Source of the DNA: Antedon mediterranea
Lineage: Eukaryota; Animalia; Echinodermata
DNA length: 64,000 nt
NCBI RefSeq assembly: GCF_964355755.1
Contig: NC_092676.1
Coordinates: 24,198,871-24,262,870, forward strand
Direction: 5' to 3'
Made by a program: the position numbers and the translations under genes. The notes under the pieces are model-generated. The model made no database searches. It was not told where the DNA came from and saw only the letters and a list, made by a program, of their open reading frames with translations. Every line of letters starts with the position of its first letter. Within the stretch, counting starts at the first letter, position 1. This document shows, one piece after another, positions 39,280 to 48,319 of the stretch.

Positions 39280-40398
39280 GCCTAATGTTCAAGCAGGATG
39301 AATTACATATTAAAACTAATTCCCCTGTGGTTCAACTAGCCTATTCAAGGGTTGTTAAAATCGTTGTTCAATGTTCTCAAAACGAAATCATGTTTTTTAA
39401 ATATAGTACTACCATATGGAATTGTAATTGTAATGCGATTATAACAGTTCCTATGCTGTTCGGTTTCCATCGAATCTGTTTATAGATCAAAATGGTGGTG
39501 ATTTTATTACCTTCCGGTTTTTCAAATTTATCACGTTTTATTCATAAAAAATTATACCATACGCAATGCAGTTCATACCCTCAATAAATTAACTAATACG
39601 GCGAACGTAACTAATCGAATAATTTGTATTACACGCGCGCTGAGTAGCCAAGTGATGTAAATATAACTTGACATTAATGTTCCGATTTTGATTGTTACAC
39701 TTGACAGTGATCACGTTTATTGATTTTGTAAAATAAGGTAAATTCAAACATGTCGCCAATGTTACCACCACGAAGCGATACAAAATGCGCGCGTGTATTT
39801 TTTATCATGACTGAACGCGCGTGTGTGTTTTTATCATTATCTGAACGCGCGCGTGTGTTTTTATCATGATTTGAACGCGAGCGTCAGATTTGGTCTAGTG
39901 ATGTCACTGAGATTGTTCCTAGCCTATTTGTTTGATTTAAAAAATGAAAATTATCTACTTACCCTTTACATAGTACATAAACCCCTCTCGCCTGGTCCGA
40001 TAGTGTAGTATCAGTCCCGATGACGTTTCCTCGGTACAGAAAAAACTAGGTGGTTTTAATTTGGGATAGGTAAATCGCATATACTCATGAAGGTTGTCTA
40101 AACCATTGATAAAATCCCTCAAGTTTCTTCCAAGACATCTTAGTAGTGGTCCATACTCATACCTACTAACAAACTCAACGAAAGACGTTCCACACATATC
40201 CATAAAATCATTGATAGAACAGCCGATTACCTCGGACGCAACGCGCGCAATACGTGGTATTATACTTTCGCTATAAATCCGATGAGTTACAAATGTGTAC
40301 TCACTAATTTGCGCCTTGTCACGTATTGCTAACCAGGCTGCTTCTCCATAGTTCCATTTTATTCTCTCGCAAATATTCTCAATAAGCACTCCGTACAT
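726..40398 (-). CDS. Gyc88E: Atypical soluble guanylyl cyclase (Gyc-88E/beta-3-like; H-NOX + HNOBA/PAS + coiled coil + cyclase), 10 coding exons, ~671 aa
   Basis: Phase-consistent GT-AG exons: 40398-39963 (MYGVLIE...[20 protein letters not shown]...[16 protein letters not shown]), 37481-37236, 36212-36115, 31338-31149 ([11 protein letters not shown]), 14572-14467 (LRLKGQM...[11 protein letters not shown]), 6077-5948 ([20 protein letters not shown]), 5592-5299 ([10 protein letters not shown]), 4558-4402 ([13 protein letters not shown]), 3025-2826 ([20 protein letters not shown]), 884-726 ([10 protein letters not shown]...stop). Sum 2016 nt, divisible by 3. The 3' end could alternatively splice at 730. 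Confidence 0.92.
1123..1285 (-). mobile_element. SINE 3' portion (probable)
   Basis: On the minus strand reads ...AAATGAGTACCTGG... and ends in an ACCTTT-type tail (plus strand aaaggtaaaggt), both typical of invertebrate SINEs; no head visible. Confidence 0.45.
2207..2446. repeat. Diverged duplicate of window positions 1-329
   Basis: Shared blocks atcccagctgctgg.ccaaaaaacgtctgggaaaagagagtctatga, gggtattcagttgcatgcc and gaagaaagaacaatgattaattttaaaatgtcgagcagc occur at both places with indels between. Confidence 0.8.
3135..3286. mobile_element. MITE family 2 (TIR AGCTCTGTCTACACTATCAAACT), PIF/Harbinger-like; further copies ~6158-6290, 33849-33980, 40976-41147, 43884-44015, 52305-52435, 54117-54260, 54477-54600, 58035-58109
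   Basis: ~130-170 bp palindromic element with core gtgatgtgcccatatatggacatgatgatgtcatatcactaccatatttggg, mostly flanked by TAA/TTA; about 9 copies seen. Confidence 0.8.
4909..5208. mobile_element. MITE family 1 (TIR AGCTTGGTTCCCACTAG), PIF/Harbinger-like; two nested copies
   Basis: Inner copy 4957-5122 is flanked by a TAA target duplication inside an outer copy. Other copies or fragments at ~8758-8879, 17730-17892, 19228-19429, 26283-26386, 38633-38695, 42660-42717, 44762-44937, 46829-46950, 48038-48196, 59284-59387. Confidence 0.85.
6486..8530. mobile_element. Non-autonomous DNA transposon, ~2.05 kb, TIR CAGGCCCGTAT(C/G)CAG, 5-bp TSD TACAG
   Basis: Left end caggcccgtatccag at 6486, right end ctgcatacgggcctg at 8530; tacag at 6481-6485 and 8531-8535; GC-rich subterminal motifs (gggggcttcgcccccctggacccc); no transposase ORF. 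Confidence 0.8.
6786..7411. repeat. Tandem duplication, 2 x ~300-330 bp, inside the 2 kb transposon
   Basis: 6786-7084 and 7117-7411 are near-identical (tataatatacagtaaaa...ttaccgacggttac). Confidence 0.9.
12951..13416 (+). mobile_element. Solo LTR (Gypsy-like), 466 bp
   Basis: Begins TGTAAC, ends GTTACA, flanked by 4-bp direct repeat ATAG (12947-12950, 13417-13420); internal AATAAA near 13223; no internal retroelement coding sequence. Confidence 0.75.
14158..14435. repeat. Tandem duplication, 2 x ~145 bp
   Basis: ttagtttttcta...tgcggtttt..gtccaccc...gtcattcca...ttccacattt...aaacacattt..gttaataat occurs twice. Confidence 0.8.
15476..15485. promoter_or_regulatory. Palindromic NF-kappaB-like site GGGAATTCCC upstream of nested gene A
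   Basis: Exact match to the Rel consensus GGGRNYYYCC ~180 bp upstream of ATG 15667; a related site sits upstream of paralog B. Confidence 0.4.
16081..18231 (+). CDS. Nested gene A: uncharacterised ~285 aa protein with PH/GRAM-like motif, antisense in sGC intron 4
   Basis: Exons 16081-16092 (MDVS; alternative 15667-15678 MDES), 16438-16657, 16881-17069, 17472-17680, 18004-18231; all GT-AG, phases compatible, same exon layout as paralog B. Motif LSHNEIML...[13 protein letters not shown]. Confidence 0.85.
19936..19946 (-). promoter_or_regulatory. NF-kappaB-like site (GGGGAATTTCC on minus strand) upstream of nested gene B
   Basis: ggaaattcccc ~350 bp upstream of ATG 20295; copied again at 23281-23291. 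Confidence 0.4.
20295..25323 (+). CDS. Nested gene B: paralog of gene A, ~281 aa
   Basis: Exons 20295-20306 (MEAS), 21731-21941, 23913-24095, 24522-24733, 25096-25323; intact frame; shares blocks [60 protein letters not shown] with gene A. Confidence 0.85.
20765..20846. repeat. Minisatellite (AATCTTACTTG) x ~7.5, probable 3' tail of the adjacent CR1
   Basis: Seven perfect 11-bp units plus a partial one, downstream (minus strand) of the CR1 fragment. Confidence 0.9.
20847..21420 (-). mobile_element. CR1-type LINE 3' fragment (degenerate), in intron 1 of gene B
   Basis: [17 protein letters not shown]...[14 protein letters not shown]...[26 protein letters not shown] is typical of the CR1 ORF2 C-terminus; frameshifted. 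Confidence 0.85.
21986..22322. mobile_element. MITE family 1, nested pair
   Basis: Inner copy 22105-22306 with TAA duplication inserted in the right TIR of the outer copy. Confidence 0.8.
23230..23570 (+). repeat. Copy of gene B upstream region (~19870-20280) inside gene B intron 2
   Basis: Near-identical acttatgttgcc.aacttggaaattccccggtatggaacgccaattaggagtaaaaacatactgtacc... through ctataaacccattctatcattttgattgttgatgtg; bracketed by a direct repeat at ~23023-23135 and ~23570-23672. Confidence 0.9.
26430..28310 (-). mobile_element. 5'-truncated non-LTR retrotransposon (L2/Crack/CR1 group), RT domain with one frameshift
   Basis: ORFs 28356-27757 and 27812-26841 give [49 protein letters not shown]; frameshift near 27780; AT-rich 3' UTR ending near (TA)n at ~26430-26455. 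Confidence 0.92.
28333..29640. mobile_element. Cluster of four MITE family 1 copies
   Basis: Copies at ~28333-28460 (partial), 29001-29170, 29175-29388 and 29424-29640, each starting AGCGTGGTTCCCACTAG. Confidence 0.85.
30949..31085. mobile_element. Palindromic MITE (TIR CTATGGCGCGCCAA.CTG.CATTTATT) abutting a terminal fragment (30847-30908) related to 8245-8301
   Basis: Inverted ends ctatggcgcgccaacctggcatttatt / aataaatgacagcttggcgcgccatag; upstream cagtggtggcgccaggatctt is the approximate reverse complement of 8281-8301. Confidence 0.7.
31569..32050. mobile_element. CACTA/EnSpm-like MITE, 482 bp
   Basis: Long TIR cactgtaaaatagtgtttagatcttaaacat / atgtttaagatctaaacactatctttacagtg; TT on both flanks (2-bp TSD). 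Confidence 0.8.
32353..32706. mobile_element. Tc1/mariner-pogo (Tc2-like) MITE
   Basis: TA-flanked ends ccgtatttattcg / cgaatatatacgg, with internal repeated aataaacgcccc motifs. Confidence 0.65.
34145..34484. repeat. Tandem duplication, 2 x ~170 bp
   Basis: agtaacaatcgtttgatttgatatcagatc.gacccccat...aattccaaaataaaa occurs twice. Confidence 0.85.
34994..35191. mobile_element. hAT-type MITE, 198 bp, 8-bp TSD TTACTGTA
   Basis: TIR cagtggcgtaacg / cgttacgccactg; ttactgta at 34986-34993 and 35192-35199. Confidence 0.85.
35799..36090. mobile_element. MITE family 3 (TIR GGCCGTGTTTC.GCAGCCAAA); inverted second copy at ~45890-46118
   Basis: Inverted termini and internal repeated ttaaccgata motifs shared by both copies. 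Confidence 0.8.
36882..37054. mobile_element. TTAA-flanked element with AGATGTATT termini (Kolobok-like); related ends near 10928, 33040-33229 and 63200-63384
   Basis: ttaa-agatgtatt ... aatacatct-ttaa; segments 33040-33229 and 63215-63384 are homologous to each other. Confidence 0.5.
37655..37780 (+). mobile_element. CR1-type LINE extreme 3' fragment
   Basis: [37 protein letters not shown] matches the canonical CR1 ORF2 C-terminal motif. Confidence 0.75.
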
Positions 40399-42087
40399 GA
40401 TTGCAAGCTACTACCAGTCAACAGAAGACCGCAAAGTTTCTTCCTTTCTACTTGGAAGCCTTTTTCCGTCAACAGTCACGGGTCACAATCGTTTGACTCC
40501 TGATTATTATTTTTTGCTAAAGCCCACTCACCATTGCGATTAAAATTTTAACAGTTGTGTTCTCGCGAAACTCACTCGCCAATTGAGATAAATAAATACA
40601 ATTAATTTTCTCTGAACGACGAGATCTAGAAAGAATGTGTGTTTGTCAAGTGTGCGTCTATTTCTTTTGATAAATTATCTCGTCCTAGTTCCTTTTTATG
40701 TATAGAGTAACTCAAAAAGGATAATGCATTTGCACTAGTGATGGCGCTGTCACATTTTACATACATGCAATATTGCAATAATTAATCTTTAAAATAATTT
40801 TTTAAGAAATTCTGTACAAAATATACCGAAAATATTATGCAAGGTAACATTGTTGATATATATTTTTTCTTTTTTTCCAAATTTCACCGTCATAACTTAT
40901 TTACCGTTTAAAAAATATCCAGTTGTTAGGCCAAATGGATGGGATTAAAGTCTTGTTTTCACCTATGCTATCTAAAGTTCTGTCCATGCCACACTATCAA
41001 ACTTTATGTGACAAAAAAAAATGGATGTGCCCATATATGGACATGATGCATGATGTCATAACACTACCATAATTGGGAATATCACTACCATATTTGGGCA
41101 CATCACACTTCTTTTGTCAAACTAGTTTGATAGTGTAGACAGAGTTTAACAACAGGACACTGAGCTCACCTCCTTGCCAAGATAGAAACTCGTAATTCGT
41201 ATTTTATCTATGTATTTATGGCTACGACATGACAAATAACACTGTACTATGTACGGTACATCTTCCGCAGTGTCTGGGGACGTGGAACTGATCATGTCGC
41301 AGCCACAGATAAACATTTTGATCTCCGCAGCCATCATCCTGTTGTTAGATTGCCTTGTTTACACATAATAAATACAAACAAAATCATTTCAATAAAGGGC
41401 GCTGAGGGAGAGGTGACAAATCTGTGACAACACACGGTCATTAGCGTGGATCGGGCGCGTCCATCAAACGCGCGTCAACAATTGTGTCAGTTTCTGGTTA
41501 TCTGCATCTCTATCACCTCGAATAAACTTTCTCTAAAAAAAGAGAATAATTATAATACATCTATAATTATCTAAACACTGCTAAAGGAAACATTGACAAA
41601 GTAGGGTGACAGGACCTGACTAGACAAAAAATCAGCTGATTGGATCTAACAATAGGTTTTTGTTTATAATTCAGGTGAAAAAGGTATCACGGAGTTGGTC
41701 GGTTATGTGCGCATAGTCACGTTACCATCCGGAATAACCAGGGCCGACATCGCTGCTAAATTGTCCGAAAACAAATATTTGAAGTATAATTACAGATTGT
41801 GACAGATTTATTTGCCAAATTGGAATTAGATTTGTTCAGTTCAATGGTACGGTATGTTCAGCCCTGGAAATAGCTGACGGAAAGTTTTTGATGGCGACGC
41901 GTTTTACGTATTCGACGTTTTTGGATTTCATGCGATGAAATGAACTGCATCGGGGGAAAATGGATCTAAAAATTGCATCGGTTAAATATTCAATCGAAAT
42001 AAACTCTTTGCTGAATATCTTTTAAACATTATAATATATCGCGCAAGTAGTTGTGAGTTCCGTGTCGACATAATAAGCTTGCCAAAA

Positions 42088-42292
42088 CACACCTGTTATG
42101 TTTTTCGGCACGGTTTTGGTCCGGCGCCGGCAAATCAAATCGGTTTGTTTTCACGCGGCTACGCGCTTATCGATTGGCGCATCAGTCGCGTGGGAACGGT
42201 AAGGAAGTAAACGAAACATTGACGTTTGGTTTGATTTGATTTTCCGGCGTCGGATCGGGAACCGTGCCGCCGGAACAGGTGTGAAAGACCCT
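42088..42292. mobile_element. MITE family 4 (…TTTCACACCTG termini); related copy ~56916-57098
   Basis: Ends cacacctgtt / aacaggtgtgaaagaccc; the second copy gggcttttcacacctg...gagtgaaagaccc shares the internal gcaaatcaaa...tttgatttgccgg. Confidence 0.6.
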
Positions 42293-42434
42293 TTAACAAA
42301 ATAACAATTGCTCATAACATAATTTATAAATTGGTCATTTTATTTGTTGTTTTAGTCAAAGTATATAATACATTATTATAGTTTATTAAATACACTTTCT
42401 GTTATAAATTGTTTAGATTAATAATTGGTGACAA

Positions 42435-43428
42435 TTATGCATATTTTATACGGTGTCTTGGACATTTAAGTGACAACCCATCAGCTATTTTGTAGTGATA
42501 TCCATCATCATCTGGACCTCCTTCCTCAATTCTGTAACCATCTGTATCCAGGCACCAACACCTAAAGGGGAAATTTCATATTGAAACATCAATTGCCAAT
42601 AATCTTTTAAATCGAAATAAGAGGAATTAACAGATCATGTGAGTTGTTTATTAATCTATTGGTTCCCACTTGGACATCGCTTGTGATTGGTCAACTCACT
42701 TTAGTGGAAACCAAGCATTAGAAAGATAGCAGAGAAACTGTGCGCACGCGATTCCAATTTAACTTTTAATTTATTTTGATCTTGAGCATACGCGCATGTT
42801 ATGTGCGTGTGAGTTGTTAATTGTGGTAGTAGTAATGATGATTATTTTATGTTTGCATTGTAAATTATTACCTGTCTTCGCTACATTGTTTGTCGAAATA
42901 ATGGATACCATCTTCAGTGCAGTTAAGGTGGAATAGTGAGCCTGGATACTTTTCACCAATTGGACGCAACCAGCAACTTACTGTAGTCTTGTCTTCCTCA
43001 ACTTGCTCTATCATTAAAAATGCTTGATTAGTAGTTATGATAAATTAGTAGGCCAAGCTTAGGCCTAGGCCTAGTAGGCCTAGGCTACTCCTAGGCATAT
43101 AAGGCATCCGATGCCCTAATCTATTGCGCACACCTAGTAGGCCTAGCGTAGGCCTTAGGTTTTGCTATAAATGCTCTCGAAATTTAATGACAGTTAATCA
43201 ACATGAAAAAGAGAAACTACCTTTTGCCACCTGTTTTCCTAGGCCCATTGCCTCTAAATCTTGTAAGTTTAACCGTCCTCCTCTTGCGATGATTTGTTTT
43301 TTGTTGGCTAAAGCATATTTTCGAAATGCTTTCAGATCTTTAATACTTTTAGGCCTGGCATACCGTCGTCCTGAACAACTTGCTACCAATAATAACATTC
43401 CGAACAACAAAGCTGCAGTTAAATTCAT
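42435..43428 (-). CDS. Secreted single thyroglobulin type-1 domain protein, copy 3 (~156 aa)
   Basis: Exons 43428-43221 (signal peptide MNLTAALLFGMLLLVASCSG + basic region), 43007-42872 (SCWLRP...LNCTEDGIHYFDKQCSEDR), 42561-42435 (CWCLDTDG...LKCP); six-Cys pattern with QC and CWC.D motifs. Confidence 0.88.
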
Positions 43429-44126
43429 TTTGTAAAATTATTTAGGTATGTCTCTGTGTTAAGCATGTACACAACTAAAAGAACATCTAAACAGTCGAAT
43501 TCCTATCGCGTATATACACGCACGTGCGCACATACTTACGATCAATGATGCGCATTAAGTGCGCTTTGGCAATAACACGCGGGGGTATGGAATGGCGCTA
43601 TCTTTGTACGTGTTTGTTGAACCTATGAGCTAGCTAAACATGTATCTGTCTCAATGTCTCCCCAAAATGCATTACTAGTTTCTCATCCTTTGGAATGGAA
43701 TTAAATTCATGGGCATAGGCCTCCCTAGGCCTAGTATTGTTTTCATTTGAATATCTCGTCTATACAAAATGCAATAGTTCCCTTACCCTACTTCCTCTCT
43801 TTCTGGTTCAAGCATCTGTGACATTTTGTTGGTGTTAATTTTGATTGAAATCCAGAATTTTTTTAAAATATTGTATTTGTCTAAAGCTCTGTCTACACTA
43901 TAAAACTATCACATGTGATGTGCCCATATATGGATATGACGATGTCATATCACTACCATATTTGGGTACATCACACTTTTTTTGTCAAACTAGTTTGATA
44001 GTGTAAACAGAGCTTTATAATATTCCTTGTCTCAATCGGAATAATGAAACATTGCATGCAGTCATTAATCGAAAAAAACACTGGTCACATTATAATACAT
44101 ACTATACTTTTATTTATTTGTTTATT

Positions 44127-45660
44127 TTAATGAAAGTAGTTTATACACACTGTAAAATACACACTGTAAAACAATATTAACGATATAATGCTGCTACTGT
44201 ACATCTGTTGTTTGGGTTGTTTGGGACATCTAAGGGACAATCCATCAGCTATTTTATAGTGATATCCATCACCATCTCGACCTCCTTCTTCAACCATGTT
44301 GCCATCTGTATCCAGGCACCAACACCTACAAGTAATGATACGTCGGGAGTGAAAAGTCAATTTATGATATTAAACATCGAGTTACCACGCATCACTTTGT
44401 GATGGCCATTGAAAGACTGATTTGTGGGCTATGATATATTTTAGTAACTTGTTTGTTTTATACTATGTTTTTTTTTTCTTTATTTATGTCAACTTCATCA
44501 CTGTTTACTGGATGCAATAAAGGAAATAAATATAATAAATATAGTATACAGCGTAGAATTGAAGTAAATTCGAACCTATCACCACCCTCCCCTAAACCAC
44601 AGAAAATGTCAGTGTCTGATAATCATGTGTAATCTCATATATTTAAGCGAAGTTTGACATATTGCATCCGGCTCCGATGACCCGGTGGTGGCTGCTTAAA
44701 AATGGGTGCAGTGTTTAAGAATGGCAACCGTCAACACTGCGCACTAACTACAGGCCTTATAAGGTGTGGTTCCCACTAGAACGCAACGCGGTGGCGTATT
44801 GGCGTAAACACAAGTGGGAACCGACGACGCAACAGTGCTGCAAAAATCGTTTGGCGGGGGCAAACACAATTATTGGAAGGGCATTTTCTTACGTTGCGTA
44901 GGTTGCGTTACCTTGCGTCGCTAGTGGGAACCAAGCTTTAGTGTTGTGTGATTATGGATTTAATTCATGGTGTGTCGTTTTCTCCGGCCTAGTGGGACCG
45001 AATCGAGGAGCAGTGTTGACGTAGCTTATAGTCTAGTTTTTAATGACAATACTTTCTTTGCTAAATCTTACAAACCTGTCACTACATTGTTTGTCGAAAT
45101 AATTTACACCATCCTCAGAGCAGCTAAGCTGGAATAGTGTTCGTGGATACTTTTCACCAATCGGACGCAGCCAGCAATTTGCAGAAGTTTGATCTTTCTC
45201 AAGTTGCTCTGATATTTAAAAAAAAGTACTATCGCCTTAGAATTAGGCTTGAGACATGTGATTACTAATCATGTTAAACATTCCTAATACTGTAAATAAA
45301 AGGCATAGCCTAGGCCTAGGCCATAGCCTTAATAATTTTTCAATATATGACTACTGTAGGCATGGCCTAGCTAGGTAGGCGGGTCACAAGGATAGTTTTA
45401 GGCATCCTTGCTGGCAATTATATTTAATAAGCTGTGATTATAGGCCTAGGCCTAGGCTAACTAAGTAAGAGTCCCTCTCCCTTGACCGGCTTCATTTTAA
45501 CCGGCTTCATTTTAACCGGCCTTCTATAAAAATCATAGCCAGTACCATACCGTCCTACTCCCCGCCGTCCTTCCCGTTGTCTCCGTTCTTCTCGTGATCC
45601 CCGTCCCGAACAACTTCCTACCAATAATATTAATAACAACGAAACTGTAATAACATTCAT
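44127..45660 (-). CDS. Secreted thyroglobulin type-1 domain protein, copy 2 (~176 aa, hydrophobic C-terminal extension)
   Basis: Exons 45660-45462 (donor uncertain), 45208-45076, 44325-44127; same Cys pattern as the neighbours; tail SSSIISLILFYSVYFTVCINYFH. Confidence 0.75.
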
Positions 45661-46658
45661 TTTGTAAAATGTTTAAATATCTCGGTTGAGCAGCAATGCT
45701 CTAAAGAAAATCTAAATTTAAAATGATACATTTTAGGCCTGCGTCTGATTCAAATTCCTATCGCATTATTACAAGCGCGTGCGCATGCTTATCATTATTC
45801 TTAAGACGCACATCTTAAGTACGTATACATTTTTGTGGGGCGTCGAATAGCGCAAGATTTTGAGACGACCCGTCGTACGTAGCTAGTCTGGCCGTGTTTC
45901 CACAGCCAAATCAAAATTAGTAACAACCACATGCCCAATCACAATGCAACAATTTGTCTTTCAAGTCAATTAAAATTATCACATTTATCCGATAATTATC
46001 CGATTTGAATGAGATAATTATCGGTAAATTTTTTCTCGAGTGAAATCGATTAAACCCCGTTTCCACAGGCAGTTTATCGGTTAATTTTATCGGTTAATTT
46101 TTGGCTGCGGAAACACGGAATGTGGCGTCTACTAGCCCTCAGCCGCCGTGAGAGTCCCTTGTTCGGGACTACTAGGTCTCCGTGGTTTAGTTTATTTGAA
46201 AATTGAATGATTGTCTGCTAAAGAATAATTATGTTTATACTGAAACTCGGGGATTTTCAACTGTTTTTATTTGTATGTGTTCGGCTTTCTTTCAGAGAGG
46301 ACGTGATATTAAGCCGAAGGCTTTAAGATCTTTGGCTTTCTTATATCTATTGTAGGTCCGTTATTGCACCAATAAGGAAGAATAAAATACGTTCAACATA
46401 ATGTCTCATAATGTTTTAAAAGCTTATATCATTCTCACAAACAACAGAACAATGGCCACACTATTGAATCATATTGTTTATTTTTTAATTTTTTTTTTGA
46501 AACTATAATAATACAATGTAGTTTATTGAATAAAGACACATCCTATCACACATTGTTTAAATTAAATGCCGAGCCTAATTTTGAACATTCTATAAGTTTC
46601 CATCAAGATAAATATTACGAACAGATTGATGCGTTAAAAATATACGCTACATTTATTT

Positions 46659-47654
46659 TTAAAAACGTTTGGGACACCTGAGTGACAATCCATCAGCTAT
46701 TTTATAGTGATATCCATCACCATCTCGACCTCCTTCTTCAACCATGTTGCCATCGGAGTCCAGGCACCAACACCTGTAATAAGGGGACGATAAATAAACT
46801 GTTTAAAAAAGTTTCCTCATCTTTATCAAGCTTGGTTCCCACTAGCTACGCATTCTACGCAACGTAAAACAATGCTCTTCCAATAACTGTGTTTTCCCAC
46901 TATCCAGCGCGTGAAATCAAACATGCGATGCATGTTTGCAGCACTGTTTTTTATAGGCCGTGAGTGCACGTGACGTGTTTTATATTGCTAATATATACAA
47001 ACCTGTCTTCGCTACATTGTTTGTCGAAATAATTTACACCATCCTCAGAGCAGCTAAGCTGGAATAGTGTTCGTGGATACCTTTTACCAATCGGACGCAA
47101 CCAGCAATTTGCTGAAGTCTGATCTATTTTTCTTTGATCTGCCATAAAACAATTATTAGCATCATTCATACACATTTTATTCAGTTATAACAACAATAAC
47201 TGGGGCCGCAATATAGGCCTAATATCTGGGTGGGGCCCGCAGAATGGATGGCGATTTCTAATTCTTAGATTTGATTGTTAGGTTTTAGAATAAGAACCTA
47301 CACAATGTTAGGCTAGTCCTAGCTAGACTAGCCTAGGGTCTAGGTTTCCCCGGTAGGCCTAATAAGCTCTAGGCTAGGCTACGACAGGCCTCGGTAGCTT
47401 TATCAGCATAACATTTCCAGTTTGTAAAACAATTGATTGTAATCAAGTGAATGATGACGGGCGAACGGCTCAATGCTCATACCTCTTGCCATTTGTAGTC
47501 CTATTGCCTCAATGCTTCCTCTTCCTCCTGAACTCATCGCCGCATATTTTCTATAAGATTTAACACCACCGCCACCGTGACCACCACCAAGAAACAGTCC
47601 TGAACAACTTCCTACCAATAACGTTACGAACAACAAAACTGCAGTTAAATTCAT
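46659..47654 (-). CDS. Secreted single thyroglobulin type-1 domain protein, copy 1 (~140 aa)
   Basis: Exons 47654-47483 (MNLTAVLLFVTLLVGSCSG + Gly-rich region), 47138-47003, 46773-46659; CWLRP...SCSEDGVNYFDKQCSEDRCWCLDSDG...RCP. Confidence 0.88.
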
Positions 47655-48319
47655 TGTGGACAATATTAAAGCATGTGCTCTCAAAAGAAAATATATTTCA
47701 AAATGATCGCATCGCATATTATCCACCCACGCGCGATCGAATGCTTGCTCTCTTCTTACGACGCACCGTCACCATAATGAATAGCACGCGGGCGAATTGA
47801 AAACTTCGAATCGGGTCACGCGTGCGGTATTGGCATGGTAACCGTGAGCACTAGAGGGATCAGTTCGATTTTACCGTAAAAGCGCTCGCGCATACTGGTT
47901 TCTATGAATCGCGTCGTGCTTATGTAACCACGACTAATTTCAATTCCGTTTAGTTGCTCAAAATGTCGACATAAGCGCTCTCGTGCTAAACTAGTTCCTT
48001 TCAGTTGAGTTCCATTTCGACATAAGAGCCTCCATAAAGCTTGGTTACCACTGGTGACGCAACGTAATGCAACCTACTCAACGTAAGAAAATCAAACCTG
48101 CGTTGTTTGCAGCACTGTGGCGTCGTTGGTTCCTATTTTAGAATACGCAATACCGCACTTACGGTTATGGTATGTCTTTAGTGTGGGAACCACGCTTTGG
48201 TGATTGGTTGATAGCGACTTGGACATTTTAAAATGATTGTATGAGTCATGTGTATCCATATTTATACATTTATTGAAAATCTTAATTAACATAAATTATC
48301 TGTTTAGTAAGTTATGAAA

